Shown in pieces: positions 28,408 through 37,913 of a DNA stretch of 64,000 nt. The stretch covers positions 8,463-72,462 of the forward strand of contig DASXEK010000040.1 in the NCBI GenBank assembly GCA_036490155.1, written 5' to 3'. Position numbers and translations under genes: made by a program. This stretch comes from Acidimicrobiales bacterium. GTDB lineage: Bacteria; Actinomycetota; Acidimicrobiia; Acidimicrobiales; RAAP-2. The notes under the pieces are model-generated. The model ran no database searches, was not told the DNA's origin, and saw nothing but the letters and a program-made list of their open reading frames with translations. Within the stretch, counting starts at the first letter, position 1; every line of letters begins with the position of its first letter.

Positions 28408-28859
28408 TCCCTGTCCTTGGGACTGGTATCGGGTCGAAACGCTGACGGATCGACACGGACGAGTACGATCAGGCTGGCGATGAGGATGGGGAGCACGGTG
28501 AGGTGATAGGCGATGTCGGGCCAGGCGCCGCCTTGAGTCGTGAAGGTGAGTCCGCCTGCGAAGCCGATGATGGCGAAGCACGTAGTGGTGAGGACGATCG
28601 TCCGGGCCTTGGAGCTTCTTCGCAGCACGGCGAGCGCCCCGACAGCAACGACGATGCCGATGATGGCCTCTGCGACTCCGGCGCCATCTGCGTCGAACGA
28701 CTTGGCGCGACCGTGCACCTGCCCGGAGAGGTGCACGGTTGCTGCGACGGCGAGTGACACAGCCACGACGACCATCAGGGCCCCGATCGTGCGCACGATG
28801 CGGCGGTCGCTCGAAGATGATGTCCGGCAGGCCACGGTGGAGGAGTGGCTAGGTGACAT
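28392..28859 (-). CDS. Hypothetical small membrane protein
   Basis: Hydrophobic segments in the C-terminal 130 aa of ORF 28392..29042. The start is uncertain. Confidence 0.3.
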   Translation of the reverse strand: MSPSHSSTVACRTSSSSDRRIVRTIGALMVVVAVSLAVAATVHLSGQVHGRAKSFDADGAGVAEAIIGIVVAVGALAVLRRSSKARTIVLTTTCFAIIGFAGGLTFTTQGGAWPDIAYHLTVLPILIASLIVLVRVDPSAFRPDTSPKDRDQVRA

Positions 28860-29628
28860 CGCTCGTAACCGTGGTGCGGGCGGCCAGCGCGGACACCGCG
28901 GCGGTAATGCCGACCAGCAGCACGACGACGGCCGGGAACGGGAGGGGACTCGCCGAAGAGGAGTTCGGGAAACCGAACCCGCCGGTGGCGAGCGGGGCAC
29001 CCCCGAGCGTGGTGGCAGCGGTGAAGGGGAGGTACGAGCCAAGGCCCTTGACCAGGTTGCTGAGCGTGGATTCGACGAAGAACCCCCACAGCAAAATGGC
29101 GACCACCGCGCCGAGTTGGGCTCGGATGAGAGATCCGACGGCTACGCCGAGCGCGGCGAGCAGCGCCGACCCGACCACCGCTCCCAGGGCGTAGTCGGCG
29201 ATGGTGGTGCCACCGAGGGCGACCGAGTAGCCATCGCCGGCCACAAAGGCGAGGCCGACCCCGGTGCTGAGGAGCACCCCAACGACCCCGAAGACCGCGC
29301 CGACGAAGCCGGCGGCGATCGCCTTGGCCGCCAGCACTTGCCCTCGACGCGGCGCGGCGAGGTAGGTGAGCGTCGCGGTGCGATTGCGAAACTCGCCGCT
29401 CGAGACGGTGATCCCGAGGATCCATGACAGCAGTAACGCGAAGCCGATGGTCGAGATCGGACCGCGCAGCCCCGCTGCGGTGAAGAGCGGCGGTCGTGTA
29501 CTGCTGCCGGACTGGGCGGCGATGAGCACGGCGTCCAAAGTGGTCAGAAGTGCGGCCGCCGCCAGCATCCCGTAGGTGGAGCGGACGGTACGGAGCTTGA
29601 GCAGCTCGACATGGACGAGGCGGATCAT
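28849..29628 (-). CDS. ABC-2 type transporter permease
   Basis: Six TM segments. Coupled to the upstream ATPase (ATGA overlap at 29625-29628). Confidence 0.7.
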   Translation of the reverse strand: MIRLVHVELLKLRTVRSTYGMLAAAALLTTLDAVLIAAQSGSSTRPPLFTAAGLRGPISTIGFALLLSWILGITVSSGEFRNRTATLTYLAAPRRGQVLAAKAIAAGFVGAVFGVVGVLLSTGVGLAFVAGDGYSVALGGTTIADYALGAVVGSALLAALGVAVGSLIRAQLGAVVAILLWGFFVESTLSNLVKGLGSYLPFTAATTLGGAPLATGGFGFPNSSSASPLPFPAVVVLLVGITAAVSALAARTTVTSDVT

Positions 29629-30539
29629 GAGGAGACCTCCTGGTGGGTCGTGGTGAGGTGCAGGAACACGTCTTCGAGGCTGGGGGCGTCGGTGGTGGTT
29701 TCGAAGAGCGGGATGGCCCGTTCGGCGGCCAGGGTTCCGACTTGCTCGGGTGTCGCCCCGGACACCTCGAGGCGGTCGGACGCCACAACGGTGGCGGTGA
29801 TGCCGTCGCGGGCCAGGGCAGTAGCGAGCTCTGCCGCCCTCGGGGTACGGATCCGCACCACCATGCCGGCCTGGGCGGTCAGTTTGGCGAGAGACGACTG
29901 GGTGACGAGGTGCCCGTGGTCGACGATGACGACGCTGTCGACCGTTTGGGCGACCTCGGCGAGGAGATGACTCGAGACCAGCACGGTGTGACCGTCGGCC
30001 GCCAGGCCCTTGATCAAATCCCGCAGCCAGCGCACCCCCTCCGGATCGAGACCGTTCGACGGTTCGTCGAGGATGAAGATCTCCGGGTTGTGCAATAACG
30101 CGGTGGCCAACCCCAGCCGTTGCCGCATGCCCATTGAGAACCCACCGACGCGCCGCTCTGCGGCCGAGGTGAGACCCACCTGATCGAGTACGTCATCGAC
30201 CCGCGAGCGCGGTGAGTCGCCGGCCAGGGCGTAGATGTCCAGATGGGCCCTGGCCGTCCGTCCCGGATGGAAATTGGCGGCCTCCAGTACAGCACCGACC
30301 TCGTGCAAGGGGTCGGCCAAGTCGGCATAGAGCCGGCCGCGGAATGTGGCCTGGCCGGCCGAGGGAGCCACCAGGCCGAGCAACATACGCAGCGTGGTCG
30401 TCTTGCCCGCACCGTTCGAGCCCAGGAAGCCGACCACGTTGCCGGCAGGGACGTCGAACGTCAAGTGGTCAACGGCGGTGAGTGCACCGAAGCGCTTGGT
30501 CAGGCCTCGGATCTCGATGGCGGAGTTGTTGTCTGGCAT
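29625..30539 (-). CDS. ABC transporter ATP-binding protein (DrrA/ABC-2 type)
   Basis: GSNGAGKTT, FSMGMRQRLGLATAL and FILDEPSNGLD motifs. Confidence 0.9.
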   Translation of the reverse strand: MPDNNSAIEIRGLTKRFGALTAVDHLTFDVPAGNVVGFLGSNGAGKTTTLRMLLGLVAPSAGQATFRGRLYADLADPLHEVGAVLEAANFHPGRTARAHLDIYALAGDSPRSRVDDVLDQVGLTSAAERRVGGFSMGMRQRLGLATALLHNPEIFILDEPSNGLDPEGVRWLRDLIKGLAADGHTVLVSSHLLAEVAQTVDSVVIVDHGHLVTQSSLAKLTAQAGMVVRIRTPRAAELATALARDGITATVVASDRLEVSGATPEQVGTLAAERAIPLFETTTDAPSLEDVFLHLTTTHQEVSS

Positions 30540-30702
30540 GGGTCTCATCGTCAACGACGGGCGCGGCGGTGTCGTCCCGCAAGAGGGCAATTCCCCCTGC
30601 CGCAGGCGACGACGCGCCCGGTCCCGATGTACGACGGATGGAGTAGCAACGCCTGTCGCCAGGTTGATGTGAAGGCGGCAGGCGGGGCGTACCGTTTGTG
30701 CA

Positions 30703-31875
30703 GTGCCGAACCTCGCCCGCTACCCTCCGCTGACCTCGAATTCCGGCGGCAGGGTCTGGGTGGTCGACAGCCTCGTCGCGGTCGTTGTCGGTGCCGGTCA
30801 GATCGTCGGCACCCTTGCGGCGACCTCGCACCATGGCTCCGGCCCGGTCAGCACTGGTGGCATGGTGCTGCTGGGTGCGAGCGCCGTCCCGCTGGTCGCT
30901 CGACGGCGCTTCCCAGTGGCCGCCTTGGCCGCCACGTTCGTGCTGACGCTGTGGTACGCGCTGACCCCCAATCCGACGGGGGTGATCTGGGGAGCGCTCA
31001 CCCTGGCGTTCGGGACGGCTATCTACTTTCGCAAGCGGGCGGCGGCCATCGGCTCGCTGGTCGCCGGCTACGTCGCGTTCTCGTGGGGACCTCCCCTCTT
31101 CGGCACCCACCCCGCCCCCTCGGCCGCTGGCGCCCTCGGCCTGGCTGTGCTGTTTCTGTTCATGCTGGCCGTGGCGGAGTGGGTCCGCCTGCGCAACCAG
31201 CGGTCGGTGGCGCTCGCCCAACGCTACGAAGAACAAGCCCGGCGACAAGCGGGCGAGGAGCGGTTGCGGATCGCCCGCGAGCTCCACGACGTGGTCGCCC
31301 ACAACATCTCGGTGATCAACGTGCAGGCCAACACCGCGCTGCACATGATGGACCGCCAACCCGATCGGGCTCGCGGCGCTTTGACCACCATCAACGATGT
31401 GAGCAAGCAGGCCCTGGTCGAACTGCGCTCCATCCTCGGGATCCTCCGGGACGTCGATGAGGACGCGCCGCTGGCCCCGAGCGCGGGTCTCGAGCATCTC
31501 GACGGGCTCATCGGCCGCACAAACGCCGCCGGCCTCAGTGTCCGCATCGAGGAGAAGGGCGAAAAGCTCTCGCTACCCACAAGCGTGGACCTGGCCGCCC
31601 ACCGGATCATCCAGGAGGCGCTCACCAACACGGTCCGCCACTCCGGGGCCACCGCCGCAGTCGTGCGCGTGGCGTACGGCGCGCGCGCCGTCACCGTCGA
31701 GGTGGACGACGACGGTCGAGGCGATACCTCGATCCCGACGGACGGAGCGAGCGCTGGCATCGTGGGCATGACCGAGCGGGCCCAAGCTCTCGGCGGCCGG
31801 CTCGAGGCTGGGCCGCGCAGTGGAGGCGGTTACCGGGTCACGGCGTGGCTCCCCTTGGATCAGGCGGCGCAGTGA
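30703..31875 (+). CDS. Sensor histidine kinase, NarL/LiaS type (HisKA_3)
   Basis: ERLRIARELHDVVAHNISVINVQAN H-box, and a C-terminal HATPase domain. Confidence 0.85.
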   Translation: MPNLARYPPLTSNSGGRVWVVDSLVAVVVGAGQIVGTLAATSHHGSGPVSTGGMVLLGASAVPLVARRRFPVAALAATFVLTLWYALTPNPTGVIWGALTLAFGTAIYFRKRAAAIGSLVAGYVAFSWGPPLFGTHPAPSAAGALGLAVLFLFMLAVAEWVRLRNQRSVALAQRYEEQARRQAGEERLRIARELHDVVAHNISVINVQANTALHMMDRQPDRARGALTTINDVSKQALVELRSILGILRDVDEDAPLAPSAGLEHLDGLIGRTNAAGLSVRIEEKGEKLSLPTSVDLAAHRIIQEALTNTVRHSGATAAVVRVAYGARAVTVEVDDDGRGDTSIPTDGASAGIVGMTERAQALGGRLEAGPRSGGGYRVTAWLPLDQAAQ

Positions 31876-32534
31876 TCCGTGTCGCACTGGTCGATGACCA
31901 GCAACTGGTGCGGAGCGGCTTCGCGTCCCTGCTCGACGCCGAGGAGGACATCGATGTCGTCGGCGAGGCGGCAGACGGGCAGGAGGCCATCCAACTCGCC
32001 ACCCGGGCCCGGCCCGACGTGATGCTCATGGATATCCGCATGCCCGGTCTCGACGGGATCGAAGCAACGCGTCGGATCGCCGCCAACCCGGAGCTCGCCG
32101 GCGTCCACGTCGTCATCCTGACCACCTTCGAGCTCGACGAGTACGTGTTCGAGGCTCTGCGGGCCGGTGCGGCGGGGTTCTTGGTCAAAGACACCGACGC
32201 CGCCGAACTCCTGCGGGCTATCCGCGTCGTCGCCGGTGGCGATGCCCTGCTCTCGCCGAAGATCACGCGGCGCTTGATTTCCGAGTTCGCCGCCAGCACT
32301 CGCGATCTGCGTCACGCCCCCGAATTCGATCGCCTCACTCCCCGAGAGCGCGAGGTCGCCACGCTTGTCGCCACTGGGCTCTCCAACGACGAGATCGCCG
32401 AGCGCCTCTACATGAGCGCGTCGACGGCGAAGACCCATGCCACCCGGGCCATGACCAAGCTCGGCGCGCACGATCGTGCCCAGCTCGTCATCTTCGCCTA
32501 CGAGGCCGGGTTGGTCCGTCCGGGCATGGGATAA
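31872..32534 (+). CDS. NarL/LuxR-family response regulator
   Basis: IRVALVDDQQLVR ... MDIRMPGLDG receiver domain plus a LTPREREVATLVATGLSNDEIAERLYMS HTH. GTGA overlap with the kinase stop. Confidence 0.9.
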   Translation: MIRVALVDDQQLVRSGFASLLDAEEDIDVVGEAADGQEAIQLATRARPDVMLMDIRMPGLDGIEATRRIAANPELAGVHVVILTTFELDEYVFEALRAGAAGFLVKDTDAAELLRAIRVVAGGDALLSPKITRRLISEFAASTRDLRHAPEFDRLTPREREVATLVATGLSNDEIAERLYMSASTAKTHATRAMTKLGAHDRAQLVIFAYEAGLVRPGMG

Positions 32535-32585
32535 CGACGGCGAACGGCTTGACGGGTGAAAGGTCGAAGCGCCTCGTCTCGTCCG

Positions 32586-33260
32586 TCAGGCGGCGCGAGT
32601 TCTCGAGGCAGACGGCGCCGGGGCAGTCACACCGAGTGGCAACGTCGGTATGAGTGACCGCTTGAATGTGTCGTTCACGACACCGGCAAACGAGGCGTAC
32701 CAGGCCGCTGCCGCAGTGGCGATGCCGGTCCAACCCCCGGCCTTGTTGATCCCAACCTTGTTCTCGAACGCGCCGATGGTGAGGAGGATGAACGTCGCCG
32801 TCAAAAGGACGAACACCGCGACGACGGCACCGGACACCCTGAAGGACGCGATCGTCATGTAGGCGGTGAAGATGGTCCACCCGAGCAGGAAGACGCCCAC
32901 GGCGACGGACACGTCGGCCGGTGATTTGATGGTCGGCAAGATGGATCGCGAGAGCACGTAGTACGAGATCCAGAACGCCCCGAACGAAGTAAAGGCGAGG
33001 GCGCCGAACGTGTTCTTCCGTACGAATTCCCACATTCCCGCCAGCAGCTGCGCTGCTCCTCCGTAAACGAGAGCCAGCGCCAACGCCGCGTCCACTCCCG
33101 CGCCCCAGACCTTGGTATTCGAGATGCTGAGCGCGAAGGTCGTCATCGCGAAAGCTCCGAGTCCCAAAGGAGCCGGGTCCGCCACGACTTGTCTGACCAG
33201 GGAACGCTCTTCGGATCCCTCCAGACCTGATGCGCCCGCCTGCAATGTTTCGGCTGTCAT
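32586..33260 (-). CDS. satP: GPR1/FUN34/YaaH family acetate/succinate channel
   Basis: DPAPLGLGAFAMTTF motif and six TM segments. GAGGGAGGG RBS before the ATG at 33260. Confidence 0.8.
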   Translation of the reverse strand: MTAETLQAGASGLEGSEERSLVRQVVADPAPLGLGAFAMTTFALSISNTKVWGAGVDAALALALVYGGAAQLLAGMWEFVRKNTFGALAFTSFGAFWISYYVLSRSILPTIKSPADVSVAVGVFLLGWTIFTAYMTIASFRVSGAVVAVFVLLTATFILLTIGAFENKVGINKAGGWTGIATAAAAWYASFAGVVNDTFKRSLIPTLPLGVTAPAPSASRTRAA

Positions 33261-33750
33261 AACCGACCCTCCCTCTCTTGTGTTCGGTTCGCCTTTCGGG
33301 GCGCTCCCTTCATATGGGCAGCTCAATGCTGCGTTTGGCCTCTACCCGTAGGTGACGGCTCGGAAACGGCTGGAACGAAACGACGAGGGCTGCCGACAGC
33401 TCGTCCGGAATCCGTCAACCGTTGAATTGAGAATCGAAGGAAAGGGACCGATGACGTCGAGTGCGGCTCGGGTCAACCGGCGGTGCGACCCGATACTTTG
33501 CGGTGATGACGCGGACCGCCGTACGACGCCGAACGACGACCCGTGCAACGGGCCTCGAGCTGGAACACCGGGTGGAGGTGAAGGTGTCTGAGTTCAGGAC
33601 ATAGCGGTATAAAACTGACAGACTCGGATTACACCTGAGGTCTCCGGAATGAGAAGGAGATCAGGCGACGGAGCAGGAGCTGGAGAGAGGCGCTCCTGGT
33701 CGTGGCGTTTCGATCCCCTCAGGTCACCTCACAATCTCTCTCCTTCCCCC

Positions 33751-33772
33751 TCGATAAAGACACGTAAAGACA
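33751..33772. repeat. 22-bp repeat TCGATAAAGACACGTAAAGACA (paired TAAAGAC heptamers), copy 1
   Basis: Identical to 37704-37725. Confidence 0.7.
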
Positions 33773-33964
33773 CGCCCGAACGGAACTGGAGCGTGGCGAT
33801 GGGCCGGTACCCACGTCCCATCGGCAGACTCTCGCAATGCGCAGTGATCAGAGCCCGTTCCTTGTTGACGACGATCACGTTCATCGGCGAGCGACCAGTC
33901 ATTTTCGACCCCTGTAGCGGCGATAGGTGGTGACCCGCCGAGAGAGCCCGGGGTGCTATTCTTA

Positions 33965-33982
33965 CTTACTCTTATAAGTAAG
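33965..33982. promoter_or_regulatory. AT-rich inverted repeat CTTACT-CTTATA-AGTAAG upstream of vapB
   Basis: Read directly from the sequence. It lies 12 nt upstream of the vapB ATG. Confidence 0.4.
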
Positions 33983-33993
33983 GATGATCCATT

Positions 33994-34242
33994 ATGGACA
34001 CGGCAGCCAAGGTCACCTCGAAGGGACAAGTCACAGTACCGAAGGCCGTGCGCGAGGCCCTCGGCATAAAAGAGGGCGACGCCGTCGTTTTCCGCGTCGA
34101 GGGCAACCGGGCGGTTCTTGCGAAGACGGCCGACTTTTTGTCGCTCGCTGGTTCGGTGAAAGTCCCAGCTGCCAGGCGCAACGCTGCCTGGGACGAGGTG
34201 ATCCGCAAGACTCATAAGGCGCGAGCGGCCAATCGCCGATGA
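33994..34242 (+). CDS. vapB: AbrB/SpoVT(MazE)-fold antitoxin
   Basis: KVTSKGQVTVPKAVREALGIKEGDAVVF swapped-hairpin motif. Confidence 0.8.
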   Translation: MDTAAKVTSKGQVTVPKAVREALGIKEGDAVVFRVEGNRAVLAKTADFLSLAGSVKVPAARRNAAWDEVIRKTHKARAANRR

Positions 34243-34646
34243 GCGCGTTCGTCGACACGAACATCCTGGTTCGCCACCTGACCGGGAACCCGCCAGACAT
34301 GGCGGCGCACGCCACCGCATATCTCAGCTCTGCCTCGGAGCTACTCCTGACTGATCTCATCGTCGCCGAGACCATTTACGTCCTCGAGTCGTTCTACAGG
34401 ACACCTCGCCCCCAGGTCGCCGAGGCCACGCGCTCTCTCATCGCGTTCGGCTCGATCATCACCGTGGACCCGGCCCTCTTGCTGCGAGCCGTCGAGGTTT
34501 ACGAAACCGACCGGTTGGACTTTGCCGAGGCCTACCTGGTCGCCTGCGCCGAGACCACCGGAGTCAATGCGATCGCTTCGTTTGACACATCGATCGACCG
34601 AATCAAGACCATCCAACGGGTCGATCCCGCTTCAGCGCCGATCTGA
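34239..34646 (+). CDS. vapC: PIN-domain toxin
   Basis: MSAFVDTNILVRHL N-terminal acidic motif and a later D..FAEAY. ATGA overlap with vapB. Confidence 0.85.
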   Translation: MSAFVDTNILVRHLTGNPPDMAAHATAYLSSASELLLTDLIVAETIYVLESFYRTPRPQVAEATRSLIAFGSIITVDPALLLRAVEVYETDRLDFAEAYLVACAETTGVNAIASFDTSIDRIKTIQRVDPASAPI

Positions 34647-34857
34647 TCCCCCAGGGCGCTTGTGTGGCTCAGGGCCCGTGCCCAGAGCCGTGGCCCTGAC
34701 CAGAATTCGGCCCTCCCAAGGCCTGGTCAAGCAAAACGTCACGGCTGAGACCGGCCAGGTTGCTCCTCCTAAGCATCTGAACAGCGCGGATCTGAACGGG
34801 TCCCTTGATTACTGAACCGTCGTTCAATAACATCGCAGGGGGCCATAGAGAACAGGG

Positions 34858-35265
34858 GTGGTGGAACTGAACAACAAAGAAGTAATTCGATCGGCCGTTG
34901 CCGCTGTGAACCGCGGTGACGTCGGGGGCTACCTAAAAAATTTCTCCCCGTCGTGCCTCAGATGGATCTCAGGATTCGATGAACCGATAGCCCTGACTGA
35001 CGTCGGTGATCATTTGCGCCAACTCATCGAGGCGTTCGATCCACTGCAGTTGGACGAGGAGCTCCTCATTGGAGACGACCGATTCATCTGTGCCCGCTGG
35101 CAGCTACGCGGCACCCAGGTGGGTGCGTTCATGGGCATCGCCTCAGGCGGCAGCAGCATCAATATTGCGACTTGCGAGATCTACGAGATCGTTGACGGGC
35201 TCGTCATCGAGTCATGGGTCTATCAAAACCCCGCTCAGATGTTTACGCAGATGGCGTCGGGATAG
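34858..35265 (+). CDS. SnoaL-like / ester cyclase family protein
   Basis: About 135 aa with the NTF2-like pattern (NKEVIRSAVAAVNRGDV ... ESWVYQN). Confidence 0.6.
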   Translation: MVELNNKEVIRSAVAAVNRGDVGGYLKNFSPSCLRWISGFDEPIALTDVGDHLRQLIEAFDPLQLDEELLIGDDRFICARWQLRGTQVGAFMGIASGGSSINIATCEIYEIVDGLVIESWVYQNPAQMFTQMASG

Positions 35266-35282
35266 AGAGCAGGCTCGCCAGC

Positions 35283-36500
35283 ATGACAGCAGAGATCCCA
35301 GGCACGTCGTTACTCGACCCCGACATCATCGACGATCCCTACCCCTTCTATTGTCGCTTGCAGAATGAGGCCCCCGTATGGCGGGTTCCGGGTACTGACG
35401 TCTTCGTCGTCAGTACGCACCGAATGGTCGCCGAAGCTGCCTCTCGAGTGGAGGACTTCTCCTCGAATATGCGGCACCTCCTCTACCGAGGAGAGACCGG
35501 ACTCCCTAATCGACTCTCCTTCGGCAATGCAGGCGCCGACGCCTTGGCCACTGCTGACCCTCCGACCCACAAGGTCCATCGCGATGTGGTGTTCTCCGAA
35601 CTGGTTTCCAAACGCATGGAAACGTTGGAACCGGACATCAGCGACCTGACCGAGAAGAGTGTTGGAGGAATCTCGGACGGCTCCATTGATTTCATGGCCG
35701 ACATTGGCAATGTCATTCCGATCAACGTCATGACCCGGCTCATCGGTTTTCGGGACGGCAATGCCCAGGAACTCTTCGAGGCAGCCGTCGATTCGACATC
35801 CATGTTGGGCGCAACGTTGAGCATGGTCGAGCTCGAACAGCACATTGTCCGCACTTTGGAGATCGAGACCTGGATTGGTCTGCAACTCGAGGGTGCGGCC
35901 GAAGACCCGAATGACGACATCCTTGGCGGGGTCGCCCGCGGTGTCGATCGTGGCGTCTTTACGCACCAAGAGGGCTGCGTTGTGTTGCACACCCTCTTGA
36001 GCGCCGGGGGAGAGTCGACCACCAGCTTGCTCGGAAATGCTGTGCGCATGTTGGCCGAGCGTCCAGAATTGCAGGACCGCCTCCGGAGTGCGCCTGAACT
36101 CGTCCCGGCCTTCATTGAGGAAGCATTGAGGCTCGAATCACCGTTCCGCTTCTTGTTGCGCACCACTGCTCATGACACCAGCCTGGGGGACATTGCCATT
36201 CCTGAGGATGCAACCGTCCTGTTGCTCTGGGGAGCCGCCAACCGCGATGCCGCGACGTTCGAGAACGCCGACGAGATCGTCCTGGACCGCAGAGTTCCCC
36301 GGCGGCACGTAGCTTTTGGACGGGGCATTCATCACTGCGTGGGGGCACCACTGGCTCGACTTGAGGCAAGAATTGTCCTCACCTCGTTCTTGAAACAGAC
36401 CAAATCGTTCACCTTGGATCTCGACAGCTCACCTCAGTGGGTCCAGAGCCTGATGATCAGGCGTCACAATCGCCTAGCCATCAAGGTCGCGAGATCGTGA
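35283..36500 (+). CDS. Cytochrome P450
   Basis: Heme-binding loop FGRGIHHCVGAPLA, EXXR (EEALRLES) and I-helix LLSAGGESTT. Confidence 0.9.
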   Translation: MTAEIPGTSLLDPDIIDDPYPFYCRLQNEAPVWRVPGTDVFVVSTHRMVAEAASRVEDFSSNMRHLLYRGETGLPNRLSFGNAGADALATADPPTHKVHRDVVFSELVSKRMETLEPDISDLTEKSVGGISDGSIDFMADIGNVIPINVMTRLIGFRDGNAQELFEAAVDSTSMLGATLSMVELEQHIVRTLEIETWIGLQLEGAAEDPNDDILGGVARGVDRGVFTHQEGCVVLHTLLSAGGESTTSLLGNAVRMLAERPELQDRLRSAPELVPAFIEEALRLESPFRFLLRTTAHDTSLGDIAIPEDATVLLLWGAANRDAATFENADEIVLDRRVPRRHVAFGRGIHHCVGAPLARLEARIVLTSFLKQTKSFTLDLDSSPQWVQSLMIRRHNRLAIKVARS

Positions 36501-37180
36501 GCTCGACGACCAAGACCAAACGGTCCTCGATTGCTCCAATGCCATCGGGTGACTTTCCCGTTGGAGACATACGAACTCGGCGTCGGGACGCCCGACGAGT
36601 ACAGAGTCAGGGAGACATTCTCGATGCCGCGGAGCGGGTGTTCGGTGAGGATGGCATCCACAACGGTGCCGTCCGACGCATTGCCGAGCTCTCTGGATTC
36701 TCTCCGGGCGCCATTTACCTGTTCTTTGAGAACAAGGCGGATTTGGTTACAAAGACGTTTGACCGACGCGGCAAGGAATGGAGCGACGCGATCGGCACAA
36801 TCGTTGAAAGCAACGCTCCCCCACTCGACAAGCTTCATGGGTTCATCGACTGGGTCATCACCTTCCTTGCTGAACATGCCGATTTTCGTCACCTCTTGAG
36901 CCAGGTGAGCCACGGATCCATCGTGGCCGGCTACAACCTTGCTCAGCCGTCCACCGACGAGGACCACTTCTCATCGATCATGATTGCCATTTCCAACGTG
37001 GTTGAAGAGGGTCAGATCCGGGGCGACATTCGGGACGGGGATCCCGGATCGCTGGCGCACCTCTTTTCGGTGCTCCTCAACGAGTACGCCCTTCTCGATC
37101 AGGCTCCAGGTGTCGGCAAACTTACCGAAGGGCAGTTTCACGCGTTCGTGGACGGTGCACTTCGGGGTGCTCCAACATGA
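36497..37180 (+). CDS. TetR-family transcriptional regulator
   Basis: ILDAAERVFGEDGIHNGAVRRIAELSGFSPGAIYLFFENKADL. The GTG overlaps the P450 stop (GTGA). Confidence 0.8.
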   Translation: MSSTTKTKRSSIAPMPSGDFPVGDIRTRRRDARRVQSQGDILDAAERVFGEDGIHNGAVRRIAELSGFSPGAIYLFFENKADLVTKTFDRRGKEWSDAIGTIVESNAPPLDKLHGFIDWVITFLAEHADFRHLLSQVSHGSIVAGYNLAQPSTDEDHFSSIMIAISNVVEEGQIRGDIRDGDPGSLAHLFSVLLNEYALLDQAPGVGKLTEGQFHAFVDGALRGAPT

Positions 37181-37482
37181 TCGCTACTGAACGTGGATAC
37201 CAACCGCAAGAACAGCTGAACGACGGTAACTATGTGACAGTCACGCTCATCCCGTCGAGAACGTCGATCACCGCCCGATAGCGCTGTTCCACCAGTTTGA
37301 GCTCCACCAACACGGACGGCCGCCTTCGGATGTGTCGACGACTGCGTCAACAGCGAAGAAGGTGGCAACCGCCACGTGGTGGACCCTCGCAGGCACGAAG
37401 TGTCAGGCAGGTACCGGAGCCAGTGTCGCCCAGGTACCGCTGTCAAGCATGAACCGGAATTTCACAGGCGCTTTTCTCGCCC

Positions 37483-37500
37483 ATAAAGACACGTAAAGAC
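37483..37500. repeat. Paired TAAAGAC heptamers (ATAAAGACACGTAAAGAC), copy 2
   Basis: 18/18 match to the core of the 22-bp repeat. Confidence 0.65.
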
Positions 37501-37558
37501 GCGTCGGAGAATCTGATCTTCTGGGGGGATCCCACTTTGGGCCTCTGAACTGGGCCTT

Positions 37559-37608
37559 TGGTGAAGGTGAAGGGACTCGAACCCTCGGCCTCTACATTGC
37601 GAAAGTAG
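37559..37608 (-). repeat. Displaced 3' half of a tRNA-Ala gene (anticodon arm to CCA): att remnant
   Basis: The reverse complement reads CTACT-TTCGCAA-TGTAG-AGGCC-GAGGG-TTCGAGT-CCCTT-CACCTTC-A-CCA. An 18-bp stretch (37586-37603) is identical to 48529-48546. The T-stem carries a compensatory double change relative to the full tRNA. Confidence 0.75.
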
Positions 37609-37703
37609 TTTTTCGGTCCCACTGACAAGGCTTTTCTCAGAAGAGCTCCTGGTAGAGCGTCCGTCACTCCCTCAACTCCCATCAGCTTCCCTCACGTTCC
37701 ATC

Positions 37704-37725
37704 TCGATAAAGACACGTAAAGACA
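37704..37725. repeat. 22-bp repeat TCGATAAAGACACGTAAAGACA, copy 3
   Basis: Identical to 33751-33772. Confidence 0.7.
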
Positions 37726-37913
37726 TGGCACCAAGAAGCCAGCCCCAGTCTCACCGGACCTCAATCCGTACCTGTTGCTCCCCGATGATGATCCGTCGAG
37801 GTTCCCAGTTTCAATAGTTGCGGGGGCACTGTCGCCTACCGAGCCGCCTGGACCTCGCTCGCGCCTTCGCCTGGGCCGGTGACAGTCGGCACTCACTCCG
37901 AACGTAAGTAGGA

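Noticed and set aside
33328-33347. GGCCTCTAC...CGTAGG, which resembles the att core and tRNA anticodon stem, upstream of satP.
   Set aside because: Only 9 bp match. There is no adjacent T-arm (TTCGAA) or acceptor sequence, so it is probably chance.
33729-33902. A 57-aa minus-strand ORF (MTGRSPMNVIVVNKERALITAHCESL...SLRVFIEGEGERL) whose end overlaps the 22-bp repeat. I considered it as an excisionase-like gene or as evidence that the repeat is coding.
   Set aside because: The other copies of the repeat are not embedded in comparable ORFs; the copy at 37704-37725 gives only a 14-codon ORF. There is no HTH or recognisable family motif. The repeat is better explained as a DNA-level site.
37230-37313. 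A short minus-strand reading VLVELKLVEQRYRAVIDVLDGMSVTVT*, reminiscent of the N-terminal HTH of some IS transposases or integrase-associated proteins.
   Set aside because: It has only about 25 codons before a stop, and no continuation in any frame that I could recognise. At most it is a relic, and it is too weak to call.
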